From: a virus
Taxonomy: Duplodnaviria > Heunggongvirae > Uroviricota > Caudoviricetes
Virus record (IMG/VR): IMGVR_UViG_2718217860_000001
DNA: 49,063 nt
Strand: one strand, 5' to 3'
Made by a program: the position numbers and the translations under genes. Shown piece by piece: positions 29,268 to 40,732 of this stretch. Under the pieces are notes generated by a model, which had not been told where the DNA came from, searched no databases, and worked only from the letters and a program-made list of their open reading frames with translations. How positions within the stretch are numbered: the stretch's first letter is position 1; every line of letters starts with the position of its first letter.

Positions 29268-29846
29268 ATGAAGGGGCTTGAGAATGCCATCCGTAATCTG
29301 AACAGCCTTGATACCCGTATGGTGCCACAGGCCAGCGCATGGGCGATAAACCGTGTGGCACAGAAAGCGGTCTCGGTCGCCACCCGGCAGGTTGCCGGGA
29401 ATACCGTTGCGGGAGATAACCAGGTGAAAGGGATCCCCCTGAAACTGGTACGTCAGCGTGTCCGGGTGTTTAAAGCCAGTCCGTCAGGAAAAATGACGGC
29501 CAGGATCCGCGTTAACCGGGGCAATCTGCCCGCTATTAAGCTGGGGACAGCCCGGGTCAGACTGGCCCGGCGTGGTGGAAAACTGCAGTACCGTGGCAGT
29601 GTGCTGAAGGTGGGTAAATATCTTTTCCGGGATGCGTTTATTCAGCAACTGGCGAATGGTCGCTGGCATGTGATGCGGCGTATTGATGGCAAAAATCGTT
29701 ACCCCATTGATGTGGTGAAAATCCCGCTTTCCGGACCGCTGACACAGGCATTTGAAGATGCCCGCGACCGCATCATTGCTGCGGAAATGCCGAAACAGCT
29801 GGGGTATGCACTGAAACAACAACTGAGGTTATGGCTGACCCGATGA
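29268..29846 (+). CDS. minor tail/tail completion protein Z-like
   Basis: 192 aa, same length and position as lambda gpZ. Confidence 0.6.
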   Translation: MKGLENAIRNLNSLDTRMVPQASAWAINRVAQKAVSVATRQVAGNTVAGDNQVKGIPLKLVRQRVRVFKASPSGKMTARIRVNRGNLPAIKLGTARVRLARRGGKLQYRGSVLKVGKYLFRDAFIQQLANGRWHVMRRIDGKNRYPIDVVKIPLSGPLTQAFEDARDRIIAAEMPKQLGYALKQQLRLWLTR

Positions 29847-30244
29847 ACCGACATACACAAATCCGCCAGGCCGTACTGGCACGCCTTCGGGAACAGTGTG
29901 GAGACAGCGCCACGTTTTTTGACGGGCTTCCGGCATTTATTGATCCGCAGGAACTGCCTGCCGTGGCGGTGTGGCTGAGTGATGCTCAGTACACCGGAAA
30001 AATGACGGATGAAGATGACTGGCAGGCTGTTCTGCATATTGCTGTCTTCATCCGGGCACAGGCACCGGATTCAGAGCTGGATATGTGGATGGAGAGCACC
30101 ATTTTCCCGGCCCTGAATGATGTACCGGCACTTTCCGGACTCATCGACACCCTGATCCCACTCGGTTTTAACTATCAACGTGATAATGAGATGGCCACCT
30201 GGGCGATGGCGGAAATCACGTACCAGATCACGTACACGAATTAA
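29831..30244 (+). CDS. tail terminator protein U-like
   Basis: 137 aa immediately upstream of the major tail protein gene; size and position as lambda gpU. Confidence 0.65.
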   Translation: MADPMNRHTQIRQAVLARLREQCGDSATFFDGLPAFIDPQELPAVAVWLSDAQYTGKMTDEDDWQAVLHIAVFIRAQAPDSELDMWMESTIFPALNDVPALSGLIDTLIPLGFNYQRDNEMATWAMAEITYQITYTN

Positions 30245-30249
30245 AGGAG

Positions 30250-30999
30250 GTGGCAATGACCACACCAAATCCACTGGCAAAAACGAAAGGTGCGGGAACG
30301 ACGTTCTGGATGTACACCGGCAAGGGCGATGCGTTTGCGAACCCTTTATCGGACACTGACTGGCTGCGTCTTGCGATGGTGAAGGATCTGCAACCTGGCG
30401 AAATGACCGCTGATGCAGAAGATGACACTTATCTCGATGATGAAGATGCAGACTGGAAAACGACAACCCAGGGGCAGAAATCCGTCGGTGATACTTCGGC
30501 GACGCTGGCCTGGCGTCCGGGTGACAGCGGGCAGAAAAAACTGGTTCAGTTGTTCGACTCCGGTGAAGTCTGCGCGTTTCGTATCAAATATCCCAACGGC
30601 ACTGTTGATGTTTTCCGTGGCTGGCTGAGCTCACTGGGTAAAACCATTGCCTCAAAAGACGTGATGACCCGCACAGTGAAAATCAGCGGTGTGGGGCGTC
30701 CGTATCTGGCAGAGGAAGGCACTGAAACAGTGAGCGTTACCGGGCTGACGGTGGCACCGGCATCTGCCAGTGTAAAAGTGGGAGCAACCACCACGCTGAC
30801 CTTTACAGTAAAACCTGACGGAGCCAGTGACAAAGCGATCAGTGTGCATTCGACAGATCCACAGACTGCCACGGTGACCCTGAACGGGCTTGTGGCCACG
30901 GTGAAAGGCGTGAAGCAGGGCAGTGTCAGCATTGTGGGCATGACTTCTGACGGCGATTTTGTGGCAGTGGCTGCGGTGGCTGTCAGCGCCGCAGGTTAA
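30250..30999 (+). CDS. major tail protein V-like with C-terminal Ig-like domain
   Basis: KGAGTTFWMYTGKGDAFANPLSD...YLDDEDADW...FRGWLSS closely parallels lambda gpV as I recall it; C-terminal Ig-like extension. Confidence 0.9.
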   Translation: MAMTTPNPLAKTKGAGTTFWMYTGKGDAFANPLSDTDWLRLAMVKDLQPGEMTADAEDDTYLDDEDADWKTTTQGQKSVGDTSATLAWRPGDSGQKKLVQLFDSGEVCAFRIKYPNGTVDVFRGWLSSLGKTIASKDVMTRTVKISGVGRPYLAEEGTETVSVTGLTVAPASASVKVGATTTLTFTVKPDGASDKAISVHSTDPQTATVTLNGLVATVKGVKQGSVSIVGMTSDGDFVAVAAVAVSAAG

Positions 31000-31017
31000 C
31001 AGGACGATACTCATCAT

Positions 31018-31446
31018 TTGCCCCGGTTATCCGGGGCTTTTTTGCAGGTGGAGAACATGATGTTTCTGAAACAGGGCACGTTTAATTATGAAAAGCAGTC
31101 CGTGGTGCTCAGTGAGCTGTCCGGGCTGCAGAGAATTGAATATCTGGCGTTTGTTCAGCAGCGAACGGCAAAGTTTGATGCCGAAGAGGGAGAACTGCCG
31201 GAGGCTGAACGACAGATTGCTTTTCTGCGTATGGGGATGGATATCAATGCCTGGCTGGTTTCCCGCTCACTGTGGAATGCGGAACAGTCTCAGGATGTTG
31301 AGACGCTTTGCGCATCCGTTATTACAACATGGTCGTATGATGCCCTGGGAGCGGGGGCGGAGATGGTTCTGTCGCTGAGCGGTATGGGAGCCATTGAGAA
31401 TGCCGGGGATTTGGAGCATGAGGTGCTGACGCCGGAAAAGTCCTGA
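31018..31446 (+). CDS. tail assembly chaperone G-like
   Basis: 142-aa ORF between the major tail and tape-measure genes; the downstream -1 frame is open across its stop. Confidence 0.7.
   Translation: MPRLSGAFLQVENMMFLKQGTFNYEKQSVVLSELSGLQRIEYLAFVQQRTAKFDAEEGELPEAERQIAFLRMGMDINAWLVSRSLWNAEQSQDVETLCASVITTWSYDALGAGAEMVLSLSGMGAIENAGDLEHEVLTPEKS
31020..31043 (+). terminator. hairpin with T-run after the major tail gene
   Basis: gccccgg-ttat-ccggggc followed by T6. Confidence 0.5.
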
Positions 31447-31784
31447 CGCGGGAAATGCAGTTTGTCATGCGGCTTGCCCGGGAGTTCCGGCGGGCAGACT
31501 GGCGGCGGATGCTGTCGGAAATGTCGGCCACTGAGCTTGGTGAGTGGGGCGATTATTTCCGGATGCAGAGCTTCAGTGATGTGTGGATGGATGCGCAGTT
31601 TGCCTCGCTGAAGGCATTGATCGTGAGAATGGTGTCCGGCAGCAGTGATGCTGCGGTGGCTGATTTCAGCCTTTTACCGGAAGAGAACGGGATACCGGAG
31701 CGAACGGACGAAGAACTGATGCATCTTGGAGAAGGTATTTCCGGAGGTGTGCGTTATGGACCAGATAGCCAACCTGGTCATTGA
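31422..31784 (+). CDS. T-like extension, expected to be expressed as a G-T fusion by -1 frameshift
   Basis: -1 frame is open from 31422 and overlaps the last codons of G; candidate slip site GGAAAAG at 31434..31440; ends just inside the tape-measure gene start. Confidence 0.55.
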   Translation, partial: GADAGKVLTREMQFVMRLAREFRRADWRRMLSEMSATELGEWGDYFRMQSFSDVWMDAQFASLKALIVRMVSGSSDAAVADFSLLPEENGIPERTDEELMHLGEGISGGVRYGPDSQPGH

Positions 31785-34700
31785 TTTGGGGATTGATGCG
31801 GCAGAGTTTAAAAATGAAATTCCCCGTATCAAAAACCTTCTGAATGGTGCCGCCAGCGATGCAGAACGGTCTTCTGCCCGTATGCAGCGTTTTATGGAGC
31901 GTCAGACTCAGGCCGCCCGGCAGACAACGCAGGCGGCTTCTTCGGCTGCAACAGCCGCATCCGTCCATGCGCAGACGGTGGAGAAGAACGCACAGGCTCA
32001 TGAACGCATGGCCCGCGAGGTGGAGAAAACCCGCCAGCGCATGGAGGCGCTGAGCCAGAAAATGCGCGATGAACAGGCGCAGGCCATGGCTCTGGCGGAG
32101 GCTCAGGATAAAGCGGCTGCTGCGTTTTATCGTCAGATTGACAGTGTGAAACAGGCCAGTGCGGGGCTGCAGGAATTACAGCGTATTCAGCAGCAGATCC
32201 GACAGGCCAGAAACAGTGGCGGGATTGGTCAGCAGGATTATCTGGCGCTGATTTCTGAGGTTACGGCGAAAACCCGTGTTCTTACACAGGCTGAGGAAGA
32301 GGCTACCCGACAGAAAGTGGCGTTTATCCGTCAGCTTAAAGAGCAGGCAACCCGCCAGAATCTTTCTTCTTCTGAGTTGCTTCGTGCTAAGGCTGCCCAG
32401 CTGGGGGTAAGCAGTGCTGCAGAAGTGTATATCCGCAAAATGGAGCAGGCAGGAAAAGCCACGCATTCGCTGGGTCTGAAAAGTGCAGCGGCCCGCCAGG
32501 AGATAGGCGTTCTGATAGGTGAACTGGCTCGCGGCAATTTAGGTGCGCTGAGGGGATCCGGGATAACGCTGGCTAACCGTGCCGGATGGATAGACACACT
32601 GATGTCACCGAAAGGCATGATGCTGGGCGGGGTTATTGGCGGTATTGCCGCGGCCGTCTATGGTCTGGGTAAAGCCTGGTATGACGGTCAGAAGGAGGGG
32701 GAAGAATTTAACCGCCAGTTGTCGCTGACGGGGCATTATGCCGGAGTCACTGCCGGGCAGCTGTGGACGCTCAGTCGTGCTATTTCCGGGAATGGTATCA
32801 CGCAACATGCTGCAGCCGGTGCGCTGGCTCAGGTGGTGGGGAGTGGTGCATTTCGTGGAAACGATATCGGTATGGTGGCGAGAGCTGCCGCACAGATGGA
32901 GCGATCGGTTGGCCAGTCGGTCAGCGATACCATAAATCAGTTTAAGCGGCTGAAGGATGATCCTGTAAATGCCGCGAAGGCTCTGGACAATGAGCTGCAT
33001 TTTCTTACTGCCACTCAGCTTGAGCAGATACGTGTCCTTGGGGATCAGGGACGGTCCAGTGATGCTGCACGGATAGCCATGTCTGCACTGGCAGAGGAAA
33101 CCGGTCGGCGTACTGCGGATATTGATAATAACCTCAATGCGCTGGGCAGTACGCTGAAGTATCTGTCTGATTTATGGAGTCGTTTCTGGGATGCGGCCAT
33201 GAATATTGGTCGTGAAGACTCGCTGGATGAACAGATTTCCGCTTTACAGGAGAAAGTGTCGCGGGCGAAAAGACTCCCCTGGACGGCATCATCTTCTCAG
33301 GTTGAGTACGATCAGCAGCGTCTTAACGAGCTTCAGGAGAAAAAACGCCAGAAGGATTTGCAGGATGCAAAAGAGCAGGCAGAGCGGAATTATCAGGAGC
33401 AACAGAAACGCCGTAATGCTGAAAATGCTGCACTGAACCGGATGAATGAAACGGAAGCAGCACGACATCAGCGTGAAATTGCGCGTATTAATGCCATGCA
33501 GTACGCCGATCAGGCTGTCAGGGATGCGGCGATACAACGTGAAAATGAACGTTACGAGAAAGCCCTGGCATCCGGTAAGAAAAAAACACGCGAACCCCGT
33601 AATGATGAGGCCACCCGGTTATTGCTGCAGTACAGTCAGCAACAGGCACAGGTGGAAGGACAGATTGCTGCTGCCAGACAGTCAGCAGGCATTGCCACGG
33701 AAAGGATGACAGAAGCGCATAAACAGCTTCTGGCTCTGCAGCAGCGCATCAGCGACCTGGACGGGAAAAAACTGACGGCAGATGAAAAGAGTGTGCTGGC
33801 CCGTAAAGATGAACTGATTCAGGCACTGACGCTGCTGGATGTAAAACAGCAGGAGCTTCAGAAACAGACGGCACTCAACGAGCTGAAGAAAAAAACAATT
33901 CAGCTGACCAGTCAACTGGCTGAAGAAGAGCGCGCTCAGCGTCAGCAACATGACCTGGATATCGCCACGGTGGGTATGGGTGATCAGCAGCGGCAGCGAT
34001 ATCAGGTACAACTGAGTCTTCGCCAGAAATACCAGCAACAGCTGGAACAGTTGAGGCGGGATAGTGAGCAGAAAGGAACATATAACACGGATGACTACAG
34101 AAAGGCCGAGCAGGCGCTGACGGAGAGCCTGAACCGACAACTGAATGAGAATCGCCGTTACTGGCAACAGCTTGAAGTTGTGCAGGGTAACTGGAAAAAC
34201 GGAGTCCTGCGTGCATTTCAGGATTTTACCGTGGATGCAGATAATACGGCAGGAACAGCAGAACAGGTGTTCTCGTCAGCCTTCAGCAACATGGGAAATG
34301 GCCTGGCAACTTTTGTCACTACCGGCAAACTCAATTTCAAATCCTTCACCTCTTCTGTGCTGTCAGATATGGCGAAAATCCTGGCGCAGGCAACCATGAT
34401 GAAATCGATAAAAGGGATTGGCAGTGTACTGGGATTTGATCTCAGCAGCCTTTCCCTGAATGCCAATGGGGGGATTTATCAGTCTGCTGATTTGAGTCGT
34501 TACAGTGGCACGGTGGTTAACCGTCCGACGTTTTTTGCTTTTGCAAAAGGCGCGGGTGTGATGGGGGAAGCGGGACCTGAAGCCATTCTGCCACTGCGTC
34601 GTGGTGCTGACGGTAAGCTGGGGGTTGTGGCGGATATTGGTGGTTCAGGTATGGCGATGTTTGCCCCGCAGTACAACATCGAGATCAATAACGATGGCAC

Positions 34701-34821
34701 GAACGGGCAGATAGGTCCGGCTGCCCTGAAGGTGGTTTATGACCTTGGGAAAAAAGCGGCAGCGGACTTTATGCAACAGCAGGCCCGTGATGGTGGTCGG
34801 TTAAGTGGAGCATATCGGTAA
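31756..34821 (+). CDS. tail tape measure protein (gpH-like)
   Basis: ~1021 aa from ATG at 31756 (GGAGG RBS); long helical Ala/Gln/Arg-rich protein with Gly-rich C-terminus. Confidence 0.9.
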   Translation: MDQIANLVIDLGIDAAEFKNEIPRIKNLLNGAASDAERSSARMQRFMERQTQAARQTTQAASSAATAASVHAQTVEKNAQAHERMAREVEKTRQRMEALSQKMRDEQAQAMALAEAQDKAAAAFYRQIDSVKQASAGLQELQRIQQQIRQARNSGGIGQQDYLALISEVTAKTRVLTQAEEEATRQKVAFIRQLKEQATRQNLSSSELLRAKAAQLGVSSAAEVYIRKMEQAGKATHSLGLKSAAARQEIGVLIGELARGNLGALRGSGITLANRAGWIDTLMSPKGMMLGGVIGGIAAAVYGLGKAWYDGQKEGEEFNRQLSLTGHYAGVTAGQLWTLSRAISGNGITQHAAAGALAQVVGSGAFRGNDIGMVARAAAQMERSVGQSVSDTINQFKRLKDDPVNAAKALDNELHFLTATQLEQIRVLGDQGRSSDAARIAMSALAEETGRRTADIDNNLNALGSTLKYLSDLWSRFWDAAMNIGREDSLDEQISALQEKVSRAKRLPWTASSSQVEYDQQRLNELQEKKRQKDLQDAKEQAERNYQEQQKRRNAENAALNRMNETEAARHQREIARINAMQYADQAVRDAAIQRENERYEKALASGKKKTREPRNDEATRLLLQYSQQQAQVEGQIAAARQSAGIATERMTEAHKQLLALQQRISDLDGKKLTADEKSVLARKDELIQALTLLDVKQQELQKQTALNELKKKTIQLTSQLAEEERAQRQQHDLDIATVGMGDQQRQRYQVQLSLRQKYQQQLEQLRRDSEQKGTYNTDDYRKAEQALTESLNRQLNENRRYWQQLEVVQGNWKNGVLRAFQDFTVDADNTAGTAEQVFSSAFSNMGNGLATFVTTGKLNFKSFTSSVLSDMAKILAQATMMKSIKGIGSVLGFDLSSLSLNANGGIYQSADLSRYSGTVVNRPTFFAFAKGAGVMGEAGPEAILPLRRGADGKLGVVADIGGSGMAMFAPQYNIEINNDGTNGQIGPAALKVVYDLGKKAAADFMQQQARDGGRLSGAYR

Positions 34822-35150
34822 TGGAGACGTTTCACTGGAAAGTGCGCCCGGATATGAATGTGGTATCAGAGCCGAAAGTGGTGACAGTGAAGCTGGGCGA
34901 TGGTTATGAACAGCGTCGTGCGGCGGGACTGAATAACCAGTTGTCGACTTACAGCGTGACGATACGTGTTCGTAAATGTGAACACCCATCTTTAAAAGCC
35001 TTTCTGGAACGGCACGGTGGCGTCCGTGCATTTCAGTGGACGCCACCTTATGACTGGAAACCGATTAGGGTGGTTTGTCGTAAATGGTCGGCAAGCGTGG
35101 GGGCGCTGTGGGTAACCATAACGGCAGATTTTGAACAGGTCGTGGCATAG
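34821..35150 (+). CDS. minor tail protein M-like
   Basis: 109 aa, same length and position as lambda gpM. Confidence 0.8.
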   Translation: METFHWKVRPDMNVVSEPKVVTVKLGDGYEQRRAAGLNNQLSTYSVTIRVRKCEHPSLKAFLERHGGVRAFQWTPPYDWKPIRVVCRKWSASVGALWVTITADFEQVVA

Positions 35151-35159
35151 GAGGCTCTG

Positions 35160-35858
35160 ATGCAGGATATTCCACAGGAAACACATCATGAGACGACACG
35201 CCTCACTCAGTCAGCCCAGGTGGTGCTCTGGGAAATCGATCTGACAGAGGTCGGTGGTGAACGTTATTTTTTCTGTAATGAGCAGAACGAAAAAGGTGAG
35301 CCGGTTACCTGGCAGGGGCGGCAGTATCAGGCATACCCCATTCAGGGGACGGGATTTGAACTGAATGGCAAAGGCACCAGTACGCGCCCCACACTGACGG
35401 TTTCTAACCTGTACGGTATGGTCACCGGGATGGCGGAAGATCTGCAGAGTCTGGTCGGCGGAACGGTGGTCCGGCGTAAGGTTTACGCCCGTTTTCTGGA
35501 TGCGGTGAACTTCGTCAACGGAAACAGTGACGCCGATCCGGAGCAGGAGGTGATCAGCCGCTGGCGCATTGAGCAGTGCAGCGAACTGAGCGCGGTGAGT
35601 GCCTCTTTTGTACTGTCCACGCCGACGGAAACGGACGGCGCTGTTTTTCCGGGACGTATCATGCTGGCCAACACCTGCACCTGGACCTATCGCGGCGATG
35701 AGTGCGGTTATCACGGTCCGGCGGTCGCGGATGAATATGACCAGCCAACGTCCGATATCACGAAGGATAAATGCAGCAAATGCCTGAGTGGCTGTAAGTT
35801 TCGCAATAACGTCGGCAACTTTGGCGGCTTCCTTTCCATTAACAAACTTTCGCAGTAA
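35160..35858 (+). CDS. minor tail protein L-like
   Basis: 232 aa, same length and position as lambda gpL; C-terminal Cys cluster. Confidence 0.8.
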   Translation: MQDIPQETHHETTRLTQSAQVVLWEIDLTEVGGERYFFCNEQNEKGEPVTWQGRQYQAYPIQGTGFELNGKGTSTRPTLTVSNLYGMVTGMAEDLQSLVGGTVVRRKVYARFLDAVNFVNGNSDADPEQEVISRWRIEQCSELSAVSASFVLSTPTETDGAVFPGRIMLANTCTWTYRGDECGYHGPAVADEYDQPTSDITKDKCSKCLSGCKFRNNVGNFGGFLSINKLSQ

Positions 35859-35863
35859 ATACC

Positions 35864-36607
35864 ATGACACAGACAGAATCAGCGATTCTGGCGCACGCCC
35901 GGCGATGTGCGCCAGCGGAGTCGTGCGGCTTCGTGGTGAGAACGCCGGAAGGGGAAAGATATTTTCCCTGCGTGAATATCTCCGGTGAGCCGGAGGAGTA
36001 TTTCCGGATGTTGCCGGAGGACTGGCTGCGGGCAGAGATGCAGGGTGAGATTGTGGCGCTGGTCCACAGCCACCCCGGTGGTCTGCCCTGGCTGAGTGAG
36101 GCCGACCGGCGGCTGCAGGTGCAGAGTGATTTGCCGTGGTGGCTGGTCTGCCGGGGTGAGATTCATAAATTCCGCTGTGTGCCGCATCTCACCGGGCGGC
36201 GCTTTGAGCACGGGGTGACGGACTGTTACACGCTGTTCCGGGATGCTTACCATCTGGCGGGGATTGAGATGCCGGATTTTCATCGTGAGGATGACTGGTG
36301 GCGTCACGGTCAGAATCTCTATCTGGATAATCTGGAGGCCACAGGGCTGTATCAGGTGCCGTTGTCAGCGGCACAGCCGGGCGATGTGCTGCTGTGCTGT
36401 TTTGGTTCATCGGTACCGAATCATGCCGCCATTTACTGCGGCGACGGCGAGCTGCTGCACCATATTCCTGAACAACTGAGTAAACGAGAGAGGTATACCG
36501 ACAAATGGCAGCGACGCACACACTCCCTCTGGCGTCACCGGGCATGGCACGCATCTGCCTTTACGGGGATTTACAACGATTTGGCCGCCGCATCGACCTT
36601 CGTGTGA
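35864..36607 (+). CDS. tail assembly protein K-like (JAB/MPN plus NlpC/P60-like)
   Basis: HSHP metalloprotease-like motif (ALVHSHPGG) and Cys-containing C-terminal half. Confidence 0.8.
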   Translation: MTQTESAILAHARRCAPAESCGFVVRTPEGERYFPCVNISGEPEEYFRMLPEDWLRAEMQGEIVALVHSHPGGLPWLSEADRRLQVQSDLPWWLVCRGEIHKFRCVPHLTGRRFEHGVTDCYTLFRDAYHLAGIEMPDFHREDDWWRHGQNLYLDNLEATGLYQVPLSAAQPGDVLLCCFGSSVPNHAAIYCGDGELLHHIPEQLSKRERYTDKWQRRTHSLWRHRAWHASAFTGIYNDLAAASTFV

Positions 36608-37152
36608 AAACGGGGGCTGAAGCCATCCGGGCGCTGTCCACACAGGTCCCGGCGTTTCGTCAGAAACTGAATGACGGCTGGTATCAGGTGCGCATTGCCG
36701 GGCGTGATGCAGGTGAAACCGAATTATCTGCCCGTCTTAATGAGCCGCTGGCAAATGGTGCCGTGATCCATATCGTGCCGCGTCTGGCGGGAGCTAAAAG
36801 TGGCAGTGTATTTCAGGTGGTGCTGGGGGCGGCGTTGATTGCTGTGGCATGGTGGAACCCTGTGGGCTGGCTGGGTGCCGCGGCTGTATCGGGCATGTAT
36901 GCGGCAGGGGCCAGTATGATCCTGGGCGGTGTGGCGCAGATGCTGGCACCGAAAGCCAGGACGCCCACGGCAGCCAGTACAGATAACGGCAAACAGAACA
37001 CCTATTTCTCCTCACTGGATAACATGGTTGCTCAGGGCAATGTTTTGCCTGTTCTGTACGGTGAAATGCGTGTGGGGTCGCGGGTGGTTTCTCAGGAGAT
37101 CAGCACGGCAGACGAAGGGGACGGTGGTCAGGTTTTGGTGATTGGTCGCTGA
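36505..37152 (+). CDS. tail assembly protein I-like
   Basis: 215-aa ORF overlapping the K gene end; hydrophobic Gly/Ala-rich central segment; start uncertain. Confidence 0.7.
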   Translation: MAATHTLPLASPGMARICLYGDLQRFGRRIDLRVKTGAEAIRALSTQVPAFRQKLNDGWYQVRIAGRDAGETELSARLNEPLANGAVIHIVPRLAGAKSGSVFQVVLGAALIAVAWWNPVGWLGAAAVSGMYAAGASMILGGVAQMLAPKARTPTAASTDNGKQNTYFSSLDNMVAQGNVLPVLYGEMRVGSRVVSQEISTADEGDGGQVLVIGR

Positions 37153-37170
37153 TGCAAAATGTTTTATGTG

Positions 37171-37193
37171 AAACCGCCTGCGGGCGGTTTTGT
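37171..37193 (+). terminator. hairpin with T-run upstream of J (possible attenuator)
   Basis: aaaccgcc-tgcg-ggcggttt then T-rich. Confidence 0.35.
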
Positions 37194-37212
37194 CGTTTAT
37201 GGAGCGTGAGGA

Positions 37213-40200
37213 ATGGGTAAAGGCAGCAGTAAGGGGCATACCCCGCGCGAAGCGAAAGATAACCTGAAATCCACGCAGCTGCTGAGTGTGATTGATGCCA
37301 TCAGCGAAGGGCCGGTTGAAGGTCCGGTGGATGGATTAAAAAGCGTGCTGCTGAACAGTACGCCGGTGCTGGACAGTGAGGGGAATACCAACATCGCCGG
37401 CGTCACGGTGGTGTTCCGGGCAGGTGAGCAGGAGCAGACACCGCCGGAAGGTTTTGAATCCTCCGGCTCCGAGACTGTGCTGGGTACGGAAGTGAAATAT
37501 GACACGCCGATCACCCGCACCATCACGTCTGCAAACATCGACCGTCTGCGCTTTACCTTCGGTGTGCAGGCACTGGTGGAAACCACCTCAAAGGGTGACA
37601 GGAATCCATCGGAAGTCCGCCTGCTGGTTCAGATACAGCGTAACGGTGGCTGGGTGACGGAAAAAGACATCACCATTAAGGGCAAAACCACCTCGCAGTA
37701 TCTGGCCTCGGTGGTGGTGGATAACCTGCCGCCGCGCCCGTTTAATATCCGGATGCGCAGGATGACGCCGGACAGCACCACAGACCAGCTGCAGAACAAA
37801 ACGCTCTGGTCGTCATACACCGAAATCATCGATGTGAAACAGTGCTACCCGAACACGGCACTGGTCGGCGTGCAGGTGGACTCGGAGCAGTTCGGCAGCC
37901 AGCAGGTGAGCCGTAATTATCATCTTCGCGGGCGCATTCTGCAGGTGCCGTCGAACTATAACCCGCAGACGCGGCAATACAGCGGTATCTGGGACGGAAC
38001 GTTAAAACCGGCATACAGCAACAACATGGCCTGGTGTCTGTGGGATATGCTGACCCATCCGCGCTACGGCATGGGGAAGCGTCTCGGTGCGGCGGATGTG
38101 GACAAATGGGCGCTGTATGTCATCGGCCAGAATTGCGACCAGTCGGTGCCGGATGGCTTTGGTGGCACGGAGCCGCGCATCACCTGTAATGCCTACCTGA
38201 CCACACAGCGTAAGGCGTGGGATGTTCTCAGTGATTTCTGCTCGGCGATGCGCTGTATGCCGGTATGGAACGGGCAGACGCTGACGTTCGTGCAGGACCG
38301 ACCGTCGGATAAGGTGTGGACCTATAACCGCAGTAATGTGGTGATGCCGGATGATGGCGCGCCGTTCCGCTACAGCTTCAGCGCCCTGAAGGACCGCCAT
38401 AATGCCGTTGAGGTGAACTGGATTGACCCGAATAACGGCTGGGAGACGGCGACAGAGCTTGTTGAAGATACGCAGGCCATTGCCCGTTACGGTCGTAATG
38501 TCACGAAGATGGATGCCTTTGGCTGTACCAGCCGGGGGCAGGCACACCGAGCCGGGCTGTGGCTGATTAAAACGGAGCTGCTGGAAACGCAGACCGTGGA
38601 TTTCAGCGTGGGCGCAGAAGGGCTTCGCCATGTACCGGGCGATGTCATTGAAATCTGCGATGATGACTATGCGGGGATCAGCATCGGCGGGCGTGTGCTG
38701 GCGGTGAACAGCCAGACCCGGACACTGACGCTCGACCGTGAAATCACTCTGCCATCTTCCGGCACCACGCTGATAAGCCTGGTTGACGGACAGGGGAATC
38801 CGGTCAGCGTGGAGGTCCAGTCCGTCACCGACGGCGTGAAGGTGAAAGTGAGCCGGGTTCCTGACGGCGTTGCCGAGTACAGCGTGTGGGGGCTGAAGCT
38901 GCCGACGCTGCGCCAGCGCCTGTTCCGCTGTGTGAGTATCCGTGAGAATGACGACGGCACGTATGCCATCACCGCCGTGCAGCATGTACCGGCAAAAGAG
39001 GCCATCGTGGATAACGGGGCGCACTTTGACGGTGACCAGAGCGGCACGGTGAATGGTGTCACGCCGCCAGCGGTGCAGCACCTGACCGCCGAAGTCACCG
39101 CAGACAGCGGGGAATATCAGGTGCTGGCGCGCTGGGACACGCCGAAGGTGGTGAAGGGCGTGAGCTTCCTGCTTCGCCTGACCGTGGCAGCGGATGACGG
39201 CAGTGAGCGGCTGGTCAGCACGGCCCGGACGACGGAAACCACATACCGCTTCACGCAGCTGGCGCTGGGGAATTACAGGCTGACAGTCCGGGCGGTAAAT
39301 GCGTGGGGACAGCAGGGCGATCCGGCATCGGTATCGTTCCGGATTGCCGCACCGGCAGCACCGTCGCGGATTGAGCTGACGCCGGGCTATTTTCAGATAA
39401 CCGCCACGCCGCATCTTGCGGTTTATGATCCGACGGTACAGTTTGAGTTCTGGTTCTCGGAAAAACGGATTGCTGATATCAGGCAGGTTGAAACCAGCGC
39501 GCGTTATCTTGGTACGGCGCTGTACTGGATAGCCGCCAGTATCAATATCAAACCGGGCCATGATTATTATTTTTACGTTCGCAGTGTGAACACCGTTGGC
39601 AAATCGCCATTCGTGGAGGCTGTTGGTCAGCCGAGTGATGATGCGTCCGGCTATCTGGATTTTTTCAAAGGAGAGATAGGGAAAACCCATCTGGCTCAGG
39701 AGCTGTGGACGCAGATTGATAACGGTCAGCTTGCGCCTGACCTGACTGAAATCAGGACGTCCATAACGGATGTCAGCAATGAAATAACACAGACCGTCAA
39801 TAAGAAACTGGAAGACCAGAGTGCAGCGATCCAGCAGATACAGAAGGTTCAGGTTGATACAAATAATAACCTGAACAGCATGTGGGCAGTGAAGCTGCAG
39901 CAGATGCAGGACGGACGCCTTTATATTGCGGGTATCGGTGCCGGTATTGAGAACACCCCTGACGGCATGCAGAGTCAGGTGCTGCTGGCAGCAGACAGGA
40001 TTGCGATGATTAATCCTGCGAATGGCAACACAAAGCCGATGTTTGTTGGTCAGGGCGATCAGATATTCATGAATGAAGTGTTCCTGAAACGCCTGACGGC
40101 CCCCACCATTACCAGCGGCGGTAATCCTCCGGCATTTTCCCTGACATCAGACGGGAGACTGACGGCGAAAAATGCGGATATCAGTGGCAGTGTGAATGCG

Positions 40201-40710
40201 AACTCAGGAACGCTCAACAATGTCACGATTAACCAGAACTGTACGATTAAGGGCATGCTGGAGGCGACCCAGGTCAGAGGAGATTTCGTTAAAGCTGTAT
40301 CAAAAGCCTTCCCGAAAAAAGTCGGTACGTGGGGTAACACGGAAACACCAAACGGTACGGTTACAGTCACCATCAGCGATGATCATAACTTTGACCGCCA
40401 GATTATTATTCCGCCCATTATTTTTAACGGTATAGCGTATGACGATCCGGGGAGCGGAAATAACCCAGGAGGCACGCGATACACGGGTTATGGTTTTGAA
40501 GTTCGCAAAAACGGCGTATTAATCGCATCCAGAGAAACTAAAGGGGCCATTCCCGGTAGTTACAGTGCAGTTATTGATATGCCGAGTGGCAGGGGAAGCG
40601 TCACTCTGGAGTTTAAGATTTTCCAGAAAGGCAATCAGGGGGCAGGCAATATCACCGACTGTACGGTGATTGTGACCAAAAAAGCCGCTTCCGGCATCAG
40701 TATTCGTTGA
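37213..40710 (+). CDS. central tail fiber / host specificity protein J-like
   Basis: 1165 aa, size and position of lambda gpJ; fibronectin-like middle region; distinct C-terminal receptor-binding region. Confidence 0.9.
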   Translation: MGKGSSKGHTPREAKDNLKSTQLLSVIDAISEGPVEGPVDGLKSVLLNSTPVLDSEGNTNIAGVTVVFRAGEQEQTPPEGFESSGSETVLGTEVKYDTPITRTITSANIDRLRFTFGVQALVETTSKGDRNPSEVRLLVQIQRNGGWVTEKDITIKGKTTSQYLASVVVDNLPPRPFNIRMRRMTPDSTTDQLQNKTLWSSYTEIIDVKQCYPNTALVGVQVDSEQFGSQQVSRNYHLRGRILQVPSNYNPQTRQYSGIWDGTLKPAYSNNMAWCLWDMLTHPRYGMGKRLGAADVDKWALYVIGQNCDQSVPDGFGGTEPRITCNAYLTTQRKAWDVLSDFCSAMRCMPVWNGQTLTFVQDRPSDKVWTYNRSNVVMPDDGAPFRYSFSALKDRHNAVEVNWIDPNNGWETATELVEDTQAIARYGRNVTKMDAFGCTSRGQAHRAGLWLIKTELLETQTVDFSVGAEGLRHVPGDVIEICDDDYAGISIGGRVLAVNSQTRTLTLDREITLPSSGTTLISLVDGQGNPVSVEVQSVTDGVKVKVSRVPDGVAEYSVWGLKLPTLRQRLFRCVSIRENDDGTYAITAVQHVPAKEAIVDNGAHFDGDQSGTVNGVTPPAVQHLTAEVTADSGEYQVLARWDTPKVVKGVSFLLRLTVAADDGSERLVSTARTTETTYRFTQLALGNYRLTVRAVNAWGQQGDPASVSFRIAAPAAPSRIELTPGYFQITATPHLAVYDPTVQFEFWFSEKRIADIRQVETSARYLGTALYWIAASINIKPGHDYYFYVRSVNTVGKSPFVEAVGQPSDDASGYLDFFKGEIGKTHLAQELWTQIDNGQLAPDLTEIRTSITDVSNEITQTVNKKLEDQSAAIQQIQKVQVDTNNNLNSMWAVKLQQMQDGRLYIAGIGAGIENTPDGMQSQVLLAADRIAMINPANGNTKPMFVGQGDQIFMNEVFLKRLTAPTITSGGNPPAFSLTSDGRLTAKNADISGSVNANSGTLNNVTINQNCTIKGMLEATQVRGDFVKAVSKAFPKKVGTWGNTETPNGTVTVTISDDHNFDRQIIIPPIIFNGIAYDDPGSGNNPGGTRYTGYGFEVRKNGVLIASRETKGAIPGSYSAVIDMPSGRGSVTLEFKIFQKGNQGAGNITDCTVIVTKKAASGISIR

Positions 40711-40732
40711 AATATTTATAACCCCAATAAAG

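Noticed and set aside
38002-39690. 562-aa ORF on the minus strand
   Set aside because: Entirely antisense to the J tail fiber gene; Arg/Pro/His-rich composition typical of a GC-rich antisense frame; no start context.
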